Positions 55,121 to 63,693 of a stretch of DNA of 64,000 nucleotides are shown here, piece by piece. The notes below the pieces were generated by a model. That model ran no database searches. It was not told where the DNA came from and saw only the letters and a program-made list of their open reading frames with translations. The stretch is from an uncultured Fibrobacter sp. Its GTDB lineage: Bacteria > Fibrobacterota > Fibrobacteria > Fibrobacterales > Fibrobacteraceae. Numbering within the stretch: position 1 is the first letter of the stretch; every line of letters starts with the position of its first letter. The DNA lies in the NCBI GenBank assembly GCA_946414075.1, contig CAMKNA010000008.1, forward strand, positions 7,687 through 71,686, in the 5' to 3' direction. The position numbers and the translations under genes are program-made.

Positions 55121-56443
55121 ATGAGTCAAAGAATCGTATGCAAGTTCGGCGGCAGCTCTGTCGCCGATGCCGGCCAGTTCAAGAAGATCAAGGCCATCGT
55201 TGAATCCGACAAGAACCGCAAGGTCATCGTCGTTTCCGCCCCCGGCAAGCGCAATCCTAAGGAAACCAAGCTTACCGACCTCCTCTACAGCACCTACGAC
55301 CTCGCCTCCAAGGGCCTCGACTTTTCGACCCCGTGGAACCTGATCCGTCAGCGCTATGACGAAATCTGCAACGAGCTCGGCCTGGGCGACAAGCTCACCG
55401 AAGATCTCGACAGCCTCGAGGACAAGCTGAAGAACCACCCCGAATCCGTCAGCACCGACTTCTTGGTGAGTCGTGGCGAATTCCTGTGCGCGCGCCTCAT
55501 GGCCAAGTACCTGGGCGCAAACTTCGTGGATACCTTCCCGCTGATCACCTTCGACGACAAGTACCGCATTGTCCCTAAGACCTACGAAGAAATCGCCAAG
55601 ACCCTCTCCGACGAGAACCAGCTCTATGTGCTGCCGGGCTTCTATGGTGCAAACCTCCGTGGCGAAGTCAAGACCTTCAGCCGTGGCGGCTCCGACATTA
55701 CGGGCGCTATCCTTGCCAACGGCATCGATGCCGCCAAGTACGAAAACTGGACCGACGTTTCGGGCATGCTCATGGCTGACCCGCGCATCGTCGAAAGCCC
55801 GCTGCCGATCGAATACGTGAGCTACCGCGAAATCCGCGAACTCGCCTACTCCGGCGCAAGCGTGCTCCACGACGAATCCATCGCTCCGTGCCGCGCGAAG
55901 AAGATTCCTATCAACATCCGCAACACGAACCGCCCGCAGGATCCGGGTACCATCATCGGCCCCACTCCGGAAGAAGCAAAGCTCCCGATTACGGGTGTTG
56001 CCGGCCGCAAGGGCTTCTCGATGATCTACATCGAAAAGTCCATGATGAACAAGGAAGTTGGCTTTGGCCGCCGCGTGCTCGCTGTGCTCGAAAGCGAAGG
56101 ACTCTCCTACGAACTCTGCCCGAGCGCAATCGACTCCATGAGCATCGTCGTGGATTCCAAGGCTCTCGACGCCGTGCAGGATGTGGTTCTCGAAGACATC
56201 ACGCAGCAGATGCGCCCCGACCGTATCAAGGTGTTCCCGGGTATCGCACTCATCGCTACCGTGGGTCACGGCATGACGAACAAGATCGGTGTTGCTGCAA
56301 AGCTCTTCACGGCTCTTGCAGATAACAAGGTCAATGTCCGCATCATCGACCAGGGTTCTTCGCAGATCAACATCATCACCGGTGTTGACGAAGCCGATAC
56401 CGAGAAGGCCATCAAGGCCATCTACGGCGCGTTTGTGAAGTGA
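55121..56443 (+). CDS. lysC: Aspartate kinase
   Basis: KFGGSS, VVSAPG, SRGE, TFSRGGSD, WTDVSG..ADPR, two ACT domains; SD AAGGA. Confidence 0.94.
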   Translation: MSQRIVCKFGGSSVADAGQFKKIKAIVESDKNRKVIVVSAPGKRNPKETKLTDLLYSTYDLASKGLDFSTPWNLIRQRYDEICNELGLGDKLTEDLDSLEDKLKNHPESVSTDFLVSRGEFLCARLMAKYLGANFVDTFPLITFDDKYRIVPKTYEEIAKTLSDENQLYVLPGFYGANLRGEVKTFSRGGSDITGAILANGIDAAKYENWTDVSGMLMADPRIVESPLPIEYVSYREIRELAYSGASVLHDESIAPCRAKKIPINIRNTNRPQDPGTIIGPTPEEAKLPITGVAGRKGFSMIYIEKSMMNKEVGFGRRVLAVLESEGLSYELCPSAIDSMSIVVDSKALDAVQDVVLEDITQQMRPDRIKVFPGIALIATVGHGMTNKIGVAAKLFTALADNKVNVRIIDQGSSQINIITGVDEADTEKAIKAIYGAFVK

Positions 56444-56453
56444 CGCCTGCGGC

Positions 56454-56486
56454 GTCATCCTGAGCGGCGAAGCCGCGAAGGATCCA
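56454..56486 (+). repeat. REP-like element (CGTC class)
   Basis: GTCATCCTGAGCGGCGAAGCCGCGAAGGATCCA. Confidence 0.75.
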
Positions 56487-56498
56487 GACCCAAATATT

Positions 56499-56547
56499 GA
56501 AAAACGGCCCGGTCACCCTGAAATTTGTTCAGGGTCCGGGTCGTTTT
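56499..56547. terminator. Bidirectional terminator with a REP-like hairpin (56512-56536) in its loop
   Basis: AAAACGGCCCG-[GTCACCCTGAAATTTGTTCAGGGTC]-CGGGTCGTTTT. Confidence 0.7.
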
Positions 56548-56595
56548 GTTTCTTAGAGAGGAACTTTTCCAAAAGATTTATCCTATACCGAACCC

Positions 56596-58068
56596 TTAGT
56601 GTGTCACGACAATCCGTCGAGTGGCATCGCCCTGGACCTTCAGGAAGTAGCTTCCGCCGGCAACTGCTTCCAGGGATACCGTTTCGCCCCTGGAGGCGCG
56701 CCCCGCCATCACCTTCTTGCCCTTCAGGTCAAAGACTCCGTAGGCCAGGTTGTCGCCTTCCACAACCGTGAAGCTCAGGTTCTTGTCACCCATGGCGATC
56801 TTTACGACCTTCGCGAATGCAGGCGCCTGCTTCCCTGCGGCTTCGAAGCTTGCCGGAGCAGCAGATTTCTGGAGAGCCACCACCGGTTCCTGCTTGCCGT
56901 AGGTCCCGGTCGCGAGCTTGTACAAGAAATCAAAAGCCTTGTCCTGCACACTGTCGGCAAACACGATCTCGCTGCCGTCTTCTGCGGTACGGGTGCTGTT
57001 GTAGAACTCGTGCTTGAGACCGTAACCCACCGGGTTGTAGAATTCGTGGGCCACGCCCCTTGCCGTCAGGGCAGAATCAATGGCGTAGCTTCCATAAATG
57101 GTGGGGGTCTCGATTTGGAACTTGAAGGCCTTTGCAAAGGCGCTGTACTTTTCGGGCACCGCTTCGGCAACCATCTTGTCCGGCTTGGATATGGCGTGTC
57201 CCACGTTGTAGGGCATCACGTAGTCGGAGTCGCCGTGGGCGAGGAACACCGGGACATCGCTGTTCTTCACGAGATCAATGTCGTGGATGCCGCCCCAGAG
57301 GGCCACCACGCCGTCGGCAGTGCCCCTATAGTCCCTTGCGCCATACTGATTCAGTTTGCCATAGGGAACATTTTCCTTCTTGTTGTCTTTCACAACAAAC
57401 TGCGGTTCGGAATCGATGTAAGAGGGGAAATCCCTTTTGCTCAGGGCATAGATGTTTTCAAGGGCCATCATGGCGCCTGCGCTGTTGCCCAGCACATAAA
57501 TCTTTTTGGGGCTGATTCTCAGCGCCTTTGCGTTCAGCCTCAGGTAACGGATGGCTGCATGCAGGTCCTGCACGCTCCTATAGACCGTGCGGGCGAAACT
57601 TGCGCTGTCGATGCGGAACGGATTGCCGCTGCCCGTCATGACCACGCCCTTGCGGTATTCCAGGGAGGCCGTCACAAAGCCGCGGGCGGCGAGGGAATCC
57701 GCGTAGGCAACGGATTTCTGGTCAAAGTCGTCCTTGGACGAGGCCACGAAAGCCCCGCCGTGGCAAATCACCACCGCGGCCCTGTCTGTACCGTTGTCGT
57801 TCACAGGTTCGTAGATATCCATCACGACAGGCTCCATCACCACCTGTTCCGACTCGTAGAGGTGCAGCATGTTCTTTTCCATCTTGAAACTCACCATCAA
57901 TTCGGAGAGGATATTGTAGTTGCTCTTGTCCATGGTCGGAACGTCGTAGGCGACGGTCACGGTCCTTGCGTTGCTGACTTCAAACATACGGTCTTTGTAA
58001 CGCACGCCGTCGGCGGCAAAGACACTAGTGATTCCCATGAGTGCTGCTATAATGATTTGGGTCTTCAT
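56596..58068 (-). CDS. Secreted carboxylesterase/lipase (alpha/beta hydrolase) with T9SS-CTD-like C-terminus
   Basis: HGGAF, GNSAG, HGDSD, KHEF; tail VFDLKGKKV..GSYFLKV. Start MKTQII with SD GAGG. Confidence 0.88.
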   Translation of the reverse strand: MKTQIIIAALMGITSVFAADGVRYKDRMFEVSNARTVTVAYDVPTMDKSNYNILSELMVSFKMEKNMLHLYESEQVVMEPVVMDIYEPVNDNGTDRAAVVICHGGAFVASSKDDFDQKSVAYADSLAARGFVTASLEYRKGVVMTGSGNPFRIDSASFARTVYRSVQDLHAAIRYLRLNAKALRISPKKIYVLGNSAGAMMALENIYALSKRDFPSYIDSEPQFVVKDNKKENVPYGKLNQYGARDYRGTADGVVALWGGIHDIDLVKNSDVPVFLAHGDSDYVMPYNVGHAISKPDKMVAEAVPEKYSAFAKAFKFQIETPTIYGSYAIDSALTARGVAHEFYNPVGYGLKHEFYNSTRTAEDGSEIVFADSVQDKAFDFLYKLATGTYGKQEPVVALQKSAAPASFEAAGKQAPAFAKVVKIAMGDKNLSFTVVEGDNLAYGVFDLKGKKVMAGRASRGETVSLEAVAGGSYFLKVQGDATRRIVVTH

Positions 58069-58179
58069 GATGTTATCCTCTCTTTTTAATTCTTTTATAC
58101 CCATAATATATTTTCAGAAATTCATATTGTCCAATATATTATTTCTTGGTTTTTAATCAATAAATTTGATTAAATGGGC

Positions 58180-58425
58180 CTAGAATTTGTCCCTGGGTGT
58201 TCTGATGGTCTCCTTTGGGGGACGCAGGCTAGTTTTCGGGCTTCTTGTTTTGTGTACCGTTTGCATAAGAAACTCGCATTGGACTGAGGGCTTCTTTTGA
58301 TAGTTTTGCATCGCTACGCATTCTTGTAATTGACGCTGAAGAATTGCATCTGGAGCTATAGGCGAACCACCTGCAAAAGCGAATGTTGCAGCGAACATGG
58401 CGGCGATAACGATAAACTTTTTCAT
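58180..58425 (-). CDS. Small secreted protein
   Basis: Signal peptide MKKFIVIAAMFAATFAFA; SD AAGGAG; two Cys. Confidence 0.7.
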   Translation of the reverse strand: MKKFIVIAAMFAATFAFAGGSPIAPDAILQRQLQECVAMQNYQKKPSVQCEFLMQTVHKTRSPKTSLRPPKETIRTPRDKF

Positions 58426-58570
58426 GATAAACTCCTTTGTTAAGTTTTCTTGTTCTTTACTCCCATAATATACCTTTGAAAATTCATAAAGTAAAATGCA
58501 TAATTTTAATCAAAACAATAGAAACGTTTGATTGATTGGGAATTGCGGTTCTGTTGCTCTCGCCTTGTGC

Positions 58571-58606
58571 GTCATTGCGAGGGTTCGCAGAACCCGTGGC
58601 AATCTC
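58571..58606 (+). repeat. REP-like element (CGTC class)
   Basis: GTCATTGCGAGGGTTCGCAGAACCCGTGGCAATCTC. Confidence 0.7.
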
Positions 58607-58688
58607 TGACCTTCTTTTGTCCCCCTAGACTTGACAAGTCTTTTTAGAATAACGACATTTGTATATGTGCAAAAAAAAGGAGAAGTTT

Positions 58689-58967
58689 ATGGAAATGAAG
58701 TTTTGCCAAAGTTGTGGCATGCCGCTTTCGCCAGAAGTCTTGGGCACCAACGCCGACGGTAGCAAGAACGAAGAATACTGCATCTACTGCTACAAAGACG
58801 GAGCGTTCACCAGTAACTGCACAATGGACGAGATGATTGAATTCTGCTCCAAGTTCGTGGACGAGTTCAACAAGAACACGGGCAAGAGCCTCTCCCGCGA
58901 AGAATACGAGGCAGAACTTCGCAAGTACTTCCCGACTCTCAAGCGTTGGAAATCAAACAACATTTAA
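58689..58967 (+). CDS. Putative zinc-ribbon domain protein
   Basis: FCQSCGMP, GTNADGS.NEEYC.YCY.DG.F, FPTLKRW; SD AGGAG. Confidence 0.88.
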   Translation: MEMKFCQSCGMPLSPEVLGTNADGSKNEEYCIYCYKDGAFTSNCTMDEMIEFCSKFVDEFNKNTGKSLSREEYEAELRKYFPTLKRWKSNNI

Positions 58968-58972
58968 ACGCC

Positions 58973-59551
58973 ATGCGTTTCGCCCTGTTTTTCGCTCTTC
59001 TTCTCGCAGCTCTTTCTTTCATGGCTTGCGGCCAGTCTTTTACCGACCCCCGTGACGGCCAGGCATATAAGATTGTGCAACTCGGTAATGTGACCTGGTT
59101 TGCTCAAAACCTGAATTACGAAATCGATGGTAGCGTTTGCCCAGAGGGTGACAGCCGCAACTGTGATAGATATGGTCGGCTCTACACCTGGGAGGTTGCG
59201 CAAAACGTTTGCCCCGAGGGTTGGATGCTCCCTGACAGCCTGGACCTTGCAAAGCTTGTGGAACAGGCGGGTGGTGAGTCTCAGGCTGGCGATGCCCTCA
59301 AGGCTAAGGATGGTTGGTTCAAGAAGGGGAATGGCTCCGATGCGTTCGGTTTTAAGGCGCTTCCAGCTGGCTTTCGCAATGTAGAAGGCGCTTACGATGG
59401 TATTGGGGGTTATGCCTATTTCTGGAGTGCGGCAGTCTCGTCGGACGATCTTGCCTACTACCTGTTTCTGGATTTTTCTAGTAAATCCGCAGGCATGAAC
59501 GCTTTTGGCAAGGGGGATTTCCGTTCTGTCCGGTGCATCCAAAAGCCGTAA
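58973..59551 (+). CDS. Single-domain FISUMP lipoprotein
   Basis: Lipobox FMAC; FTDPRDGQAY, WFAQNLNY, YGRLYTW, CPEGW, FKALPAG, SVRCI. Confidence 0.9.
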   Translation: MRFALFFALLLAALSFMACGQSFTDPRDGQAYKIVQLGNVTWFAQNLNYEIDGSVCPEGDSRNCDRYGRLYTWEVAQNVCPEGWMLPDSLDLAKLVEQAGGESQAGDALKAKDGWFKKGNGSDAFGFKALPAGFRNVEGAYDGIGGYAYFWSAAVSSDDLAYYLFLDFSSKSAGMNAFGKGDFRSVRCIQKP

Positions 59552-59571
59552 AGGGCTATATTTACCCTACC

Positions 59572-60426
59572 ATGATCCACACCTTTTTTGCGCGGCTCTT
59601 CTCCTATGTTCTCTTTGGGGCGTTGCTCCTGTTGAACTGGAAGCGTTCTACGGTTCGTGCAAATTACGAGGTGGCCCGCAGGTGGAATCCGTCTGCGATA
59701 AAAGAAGACTTTCCGATTTTCTATGAACGGCTGCTGTGCAATCTAGCACGACATGCGGGGGAGTTGCTTTTTTGCTTCCCCCTGTTCAAGAGGCTCCCTC
59801 GGGAGCTGGGTGCCTACCCGTACAACCTTGGGGGAATTCGTTTTGAGATTGCTCCTGAAAGTCAGTCAGTCCTTCAGGAAATGCGTCAGGGCGGAATCTT
59901 TTTGACGGCACATTACGGGAACTACGAGGCCATGGGCCCCTGGCTCTGCTGTCTTGGTATACCCCTTGCCGCAAGCTATATTCCCGTGAAGCCTGCCTTC
60001 TTGAATGGCATCTTGGAAAACAAGATTCGCGCCGTAGGCGGAAAGACCTATTCTGTCAATGCCAAGTCCCCTAGGGAATTTTTGCGCCTGTTACAAAACG
60101 GCAGGCTTTTCTGCCTGCTTGCCGACCAGGATAGCCGCATTCCAAGTGCCGAGTCCGGTACATTTCTAGGGGCGCCGGCACACATAAATCCCTTGCCAGA
60201 CTTTTTGCTGAAACACCGTCCCGAGACACCAGTTTTTATCTGCTGGATAGAAGAACCTAATTCGAAGGTAAAGCGTTTCCATGCCGAAAGGCTGAATATG
60301 GGGGAGGATCATAGCGCGTTCAACCGCTGGCTAGAAGGCCGTATCGCCGAGAGTCCATCCCTATGGTACGGCTTCACCCATCGCCGTTTTTTCAGCACCA
60401 CGCCCGAAATTTACAAACCGCAATAA
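59572..60426 (+). CDS. Lipid A late acyltransferase-like (LpxL family) protein
   Basis: TAHYGNYE, LLADQD, FLG, WYGFTHRRF. Confidence 0.8.
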   Translation: MIHTFFARLFSYVLFGALLLLNWKRSTVRANYEVARRWNPSAIKEDFPIFYERLLCNLARHAGELLFCFPLFKRLPRELGAYPYNLGGIRFEIAPESQSVLQEMRQGGIFLTAHYGNYEAMGPWLCCLGIPLAASYIPVKPAFLNGILENKIRAVGGKTYSVNAKSPREFLRLLQNGRLFCLLADQDSRIPSAESGTFLGAPAHINPLPDFLLKHRPETPVFICWIEEPNSKVKRFHAERLNMGEDHSAFNRWLEGRIAESPSLWYGFTHRRFFSTTPEIYKPQ

Positions 60427-60467
60427 AAAATCAAACCCGCAACTTTCTATTTTATAGTCACTAACCC

Positions 60468-62057
60468 ATGAACAAAGCCGCCATCATCGTCGCCGCATCC
60501 ATGCTCCTGAGCCGTGTCCTCGGGATTTTCCGCGAGATGCTTCTGGCCCATGCGGCGGGCGTGTCCCTCGAAAAGAACGCTCTTGACTTGGCGTTCATGA
60601 TTCCGGACATCTTGAACCATGTGGTGAGTACCGGTTTTCTGTCCATTATCTTCATCCCGATTTTTACGGGCTACAAGGTGGCCGGCGACGAGCGGGGAGG
60701 CTGGAAGTTCTTCAGCAACGTGCTGAATACCTTCGGTATCGCCCTGCTCATTTTGGTCGTTCCCGCCTTCATCTGGATGAAGGAGCTTCTGCAGCTTTTA
60801 ACCGTGGATGGCGCCACGCCGGAACTTATCGAGCGCGCCACTTACTATGGTCGTATCATTCTGCCCGGCCAGGTGTTCATCTTCGTGGGGAGTATCCTTG
60901 TGGCGGTGCAGCACACCCGCAAGCAGTTCCTGATTCCCTCCTTGACTGGCCTTATCTACAATGTGGCCATCGTGGGCGGGGGTGCGGCAGGAATCGCGCT
61001 CGGTAAGTACACCGGCACGGATTTCGGTCTGGAAGGTTTCGCCTGGGGCGTGCCGGTGGGCGCCTTTATCGGATTTTTCGCCCTGCAGATTTACGGCGCC
61101 CGGCGTGGCGGCGTGCACTATGAGCTCTTGGTCCAGCCCACCCATCCCGATATCGTACGCTACTTCAAGATGATGCTTCCCATGTCCCTTGGCGTAGGCT
61201 CCATGTTCGGTTTGGAATTTATCATCCGTAGTTTCGGTGCGAACTTCGGTACAGGTGGTATCTCCAGCCTCAACTACGCCTACCGTGTCATGTACACGCT
61301 GGTGGCGGTCTTCGGGTTCTCCGTCAGTGTCACGAGCTACCCCGACATGGCCCGCCTGGTCAAGGAAGGCGACATCGTAAGCCTGAACCAGAAAATCTGG
61401 AAGAGCCTTTCCCGCATGTTCTGCATCTTGATCCCGGCGGTAGTCGCCGTGTGGGCCCTCAGTTTCCCTGCGGTGCGTATCCTCTTTGAGCGTGGCGCCT
61501 TCCATCGCGAAACTACCGAAGCCATTGCCGAGATCCTCCGCTGGTACTTACCCGTGAGTCTTGGCCTTTGCCTGCAGGCTGTTTTGGTACGCAGCTTCTA
61601 TGCCTGCGAGCGCATGTGGGTGCCTACGCTTCTCAATACCGGCATCTTTGCCGCCACCATTCCCGCCTATATTGTTCTCGGCTCTCCCGAGATGGGTCTT
61701 GGCATCAAGAGCGTTCCCATTGTGGGTGCTACGGGGGCCATCCTCCAGGTCCTTGCCATGATTGTGATGTGGGCTAAGAAGAACGGAACCGACGGCATGA
61801 GGGAGGCTCTTCTCAACATGCTTCGCGCCCTGGTTGCCTTTGGAATCATGATTGGGGCTGCCATTGGTCTTGACCATGTTTCTGGCGATTTCGTTCGCAA
61901 CACGGGTTTCATTGTTCTTCTCGTCTACAGCTTCGCTGCTGGAGCATTGCTATTCGTGCTTACCTTGATTATCCAGCGCTACCTGGGTAGCAAGGATGCC
62001 AAGGACATTCTGAACGAGCTTCTGGGCAAGGTGCTGCGCAAGTTGCATCTGGCGTAA
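60468..62057 (+). CDS. murJ: Lipid II flippase MurJ/MviN
   Basis: LSRVLGIFRE, AFMIPD, FIPIF, YAYR, LFERGAF; many TM helices. Confidence 0.9.
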   Translation: MNKAAIIVAASMLLSRVLGIFREMLLAHAAGVSLEKNALDLAFMIPDILNHVVSTGFLSIIFIPIFTGYKVAGDERGGWKFFSNVLNTFGIALLILVVPAFIWMKELLQLLTVDGATPELIERATYYGRIILPGQVFIFVGSILVAVQHTRKQFLIPSLTGLIYNVAIVGGGAAGIALGKYTGTDFGLEGFAWGVPVGAFIGFFALQIYGARRGGVHYELLVQPTHPDIVRYFKMMLPMSLGVGSMFGLEFIIRSFGANFGTGGISSLNYAYRVMYTLVAVFGFSVSVTSYPDMARLVKEGDIVSLNQKIWKSLSRMFCILIPAVVAVWALSFPAVRILFERGAFHRETTEAIAEILRWYLPVSLGLCLQAVLVRSFYACERMWVPTLLNTGIFAATIPAYIVLGSPEMGLGIKSVPIVGATGAILQVLAMIVMWAKKNGTDGMREALLNMLRALVAFGIMIGAAIGLDHVSGDFVRNTGFIVLLVYSFAAGALLFVLTLIIQRYLGSKDAKDILNELLGKVLRKLHLA

Positions 62058-62088
62058 GTCTAGCTGGTCAAAATTTTTCACCGCATAA

Positions 62089-62130
62089 AATAAAAGCCCG
62101 AAACATCTGTTTCGGGCATCTGCTTTTATT
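62089..62130. terminator. Hairpin/terminator between convergent murJ and GH45
   Basis: GCCCGAAACA-TC-TGTTTCGGGC nested within AATAAAAGC..GCTTTTATT. Confidence 0.7.
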
Positions 62131-62137
62131 CGTGAGA

Positions 62138-63556
62138 TTAGAAGTTCTGGTAGTTGGGTGCGTCTGCAAGATTTGGACTGGTGTTGAGCGTAGAGGTGAA
62201 CTTGTCCACCAGGTATTGTGGGCATTCCACCTGCTTGAACAGGGTGACGGGATTGTTGGCGGTTTCGAACCAGTTCACAAACCACATGCATCCTTTGTAC
62301 AGGGTCGTGTTCCTGCTGCCAAATACGCTCTCGCATTGCTGCGTAACGCATTCCTTGAACTTGGTGACAGGGGCGTCTGCGCCAAGTCTGTTTTCGCATG
62401 TCGTGTAGAAGCCTCCCATCTGTTCGCCCAGGTCGGATTTGTTTACGCCAAGCTGCGTGCTCAAGGCGTCATATGCTCCTACACCGCCGCCGGGAATCAT
62501 GATATCGAACTGGCCGCCCGTCACATCGTGACCCACATTGGAAGACATGATGATAAGGGTTTTTCTTGCTATCAGCCCGTGTGCTTCCTTCGTTCCGTAT
62601 TTTCCTTCACCGGTGAACTGAATTTGGTAGCACTTGCCACAGGTTGTCTTTTCGTCTACGCCAGGAGCTGCGCCGAAGGCGTATGCCAGCGTGTCGTTTA
62701 CGGCTACGGGAATCATGTCTATGCAGGTATAGGCAAAGCCGCCGTTGTCACAGGCGCTAACGGTTCCCTTGAGCCAGGTGCCGTCTTCGCTCTTGGTGAA
62801 TGCGGGGATTTCTTCGCCATTGATGTTGCAGTTCCTGGCAATTCGGTAGGGGTTGGCGTTGGGATTTACCTTTTCCGGCCAGGAGCAGTGGGGCTTGCAA
62901 GCGTCCCAATAGCGTGTGGCGAATCCCTTAGTGACACCCTGGTCGTTCTCGGTTAGTTTTCCATAGCTTGCAATCGGATAACCGCTGGCATCCACTACTT
63001 CTTCCTCTTTCGACGAAGACGAAGGCGCCGGGCTAGAACCGTTGCTCGAAGAGGAATTGTTACCATCGTTGTTCCCTTGGTTGGAATTTTCGCCGTTGTT
63101 GCTGTTGCTACTGTTGCCGTCAGGGGAGGGCTGTTCGTGGCTATTGCTGCTTGTGTTTTCTGTGGGGTTTTCTTCCGGCTCGTCCTGCGGCTCCTCCTTG
63201 GCGGCTTCCTTCGCTTGCTGTACCATTTCGGGAGTGAGCAGGGTCAAGTCATTCAAGCTTATGTCGCTGATTGTGGAGCCGTTGTCCATGACGATGGTTC
63301 CCTCAGCCAGATCAAAGGTGCCGATGTCGTTTCCGTTCTGGTCCGTGACTCTCCCGTCCTTGTAGATGAGGATGTTTGATTCCCCCTGTAGCCAGTAGCA
63401 GCTATCCGTAACGGTAAAGTCCGCTATCTCGGGAAACTCGACGCATGCGCTGCCGACGCATGAACTTACGCTGTTTGTCTCGGAACTGCAGTTCCAAAAG
63501 AAGGTGGCGCATGCTGCAATGAGGAGTGCGCCGATAGCAATTTTCTTCATAATCAT
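62138..63556 (-). CDS. GH45 endoglucanase lipoprotein with Ser/Asn-rich linker
   Basis: Lipobox-like FWNC; TRYWDACKPHCSW, CGKCYQIQFTG, QFDIMIPGGGVG. Start is 63556 or 63550. Confidence 0.94.
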   Translation of the reverse strand: MIMKKIAIGALLIAACATFFWNCSSETNSVSSCVGSACVEFPEIADFTVTDSCYWLQGESNILIYKDGRVTDQNGNDIGTFDLAEGTIVMDNGSTISDISLNDLTLLTPEMVQQAKEAAKEEPQDEPEENPTENTSSNSHEQPSPDGNSSNSNNGENSNQGNNDGNNSSSSNGSSPAPSSSSKEEEVVDASGYPIASYGKLTENDQGVTKGFATRYWDACKPHCSWPEKVNPNANPYRIARNCNINGEEIPAFTKSEDGTWLKGTVSACDNGGFAYTCIDMIPVAVNDTLAYAFGAAPGVDEKTTCGKCYQIQFTGEGKYGTKEAHGLIARKTLIIMSSNVGHDVTGGQFDIMIPGGGVGAYDALSTQLGVNKSDLGEQMGGFYTTCENRLGADAPVTKFKECVTQQCESVFGSRNTTLYKGCMWFVNWFETANNPVTLFKQVECPQYLVDKFTSTLNTSPNLADAPNYQNF

Positions 63557-63675
63557 TTCCTATAACGGCCCCATCCCCAATACAAGATAGTTATGTTGGA
63601 CTTTTTTGGGGAGTACCAAAAATGAAAAAAGAATTTTAAACCCCGACGAATGTAAACTTTGTAAAATTTTTAGTT

Positions 63676-63693
63676 TGTAAAAATCTTTTTACA
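63676..63693. promoter_or_regulatory. Perfect 18-bp palindrome TGTAAAAA-TC-TTTTTACA, candidate operator
   Basis: Upstream of GH45; extra TGTAAA half-sites at 63651 and 63660. Confidence 0.6.

Noticed and set aside
1246-62956. Many long antisense or alternative-frame ORFs (e.g. 2730-4670 minus, 6857-8764 minus, 13442-15469 plus, 54920-56458 minus, 56599-58089 plus)
   Set aside because: They mirror well-supported genes, lack family motifs, and are expected from strong GC3 codon bias that removes antisense stops.
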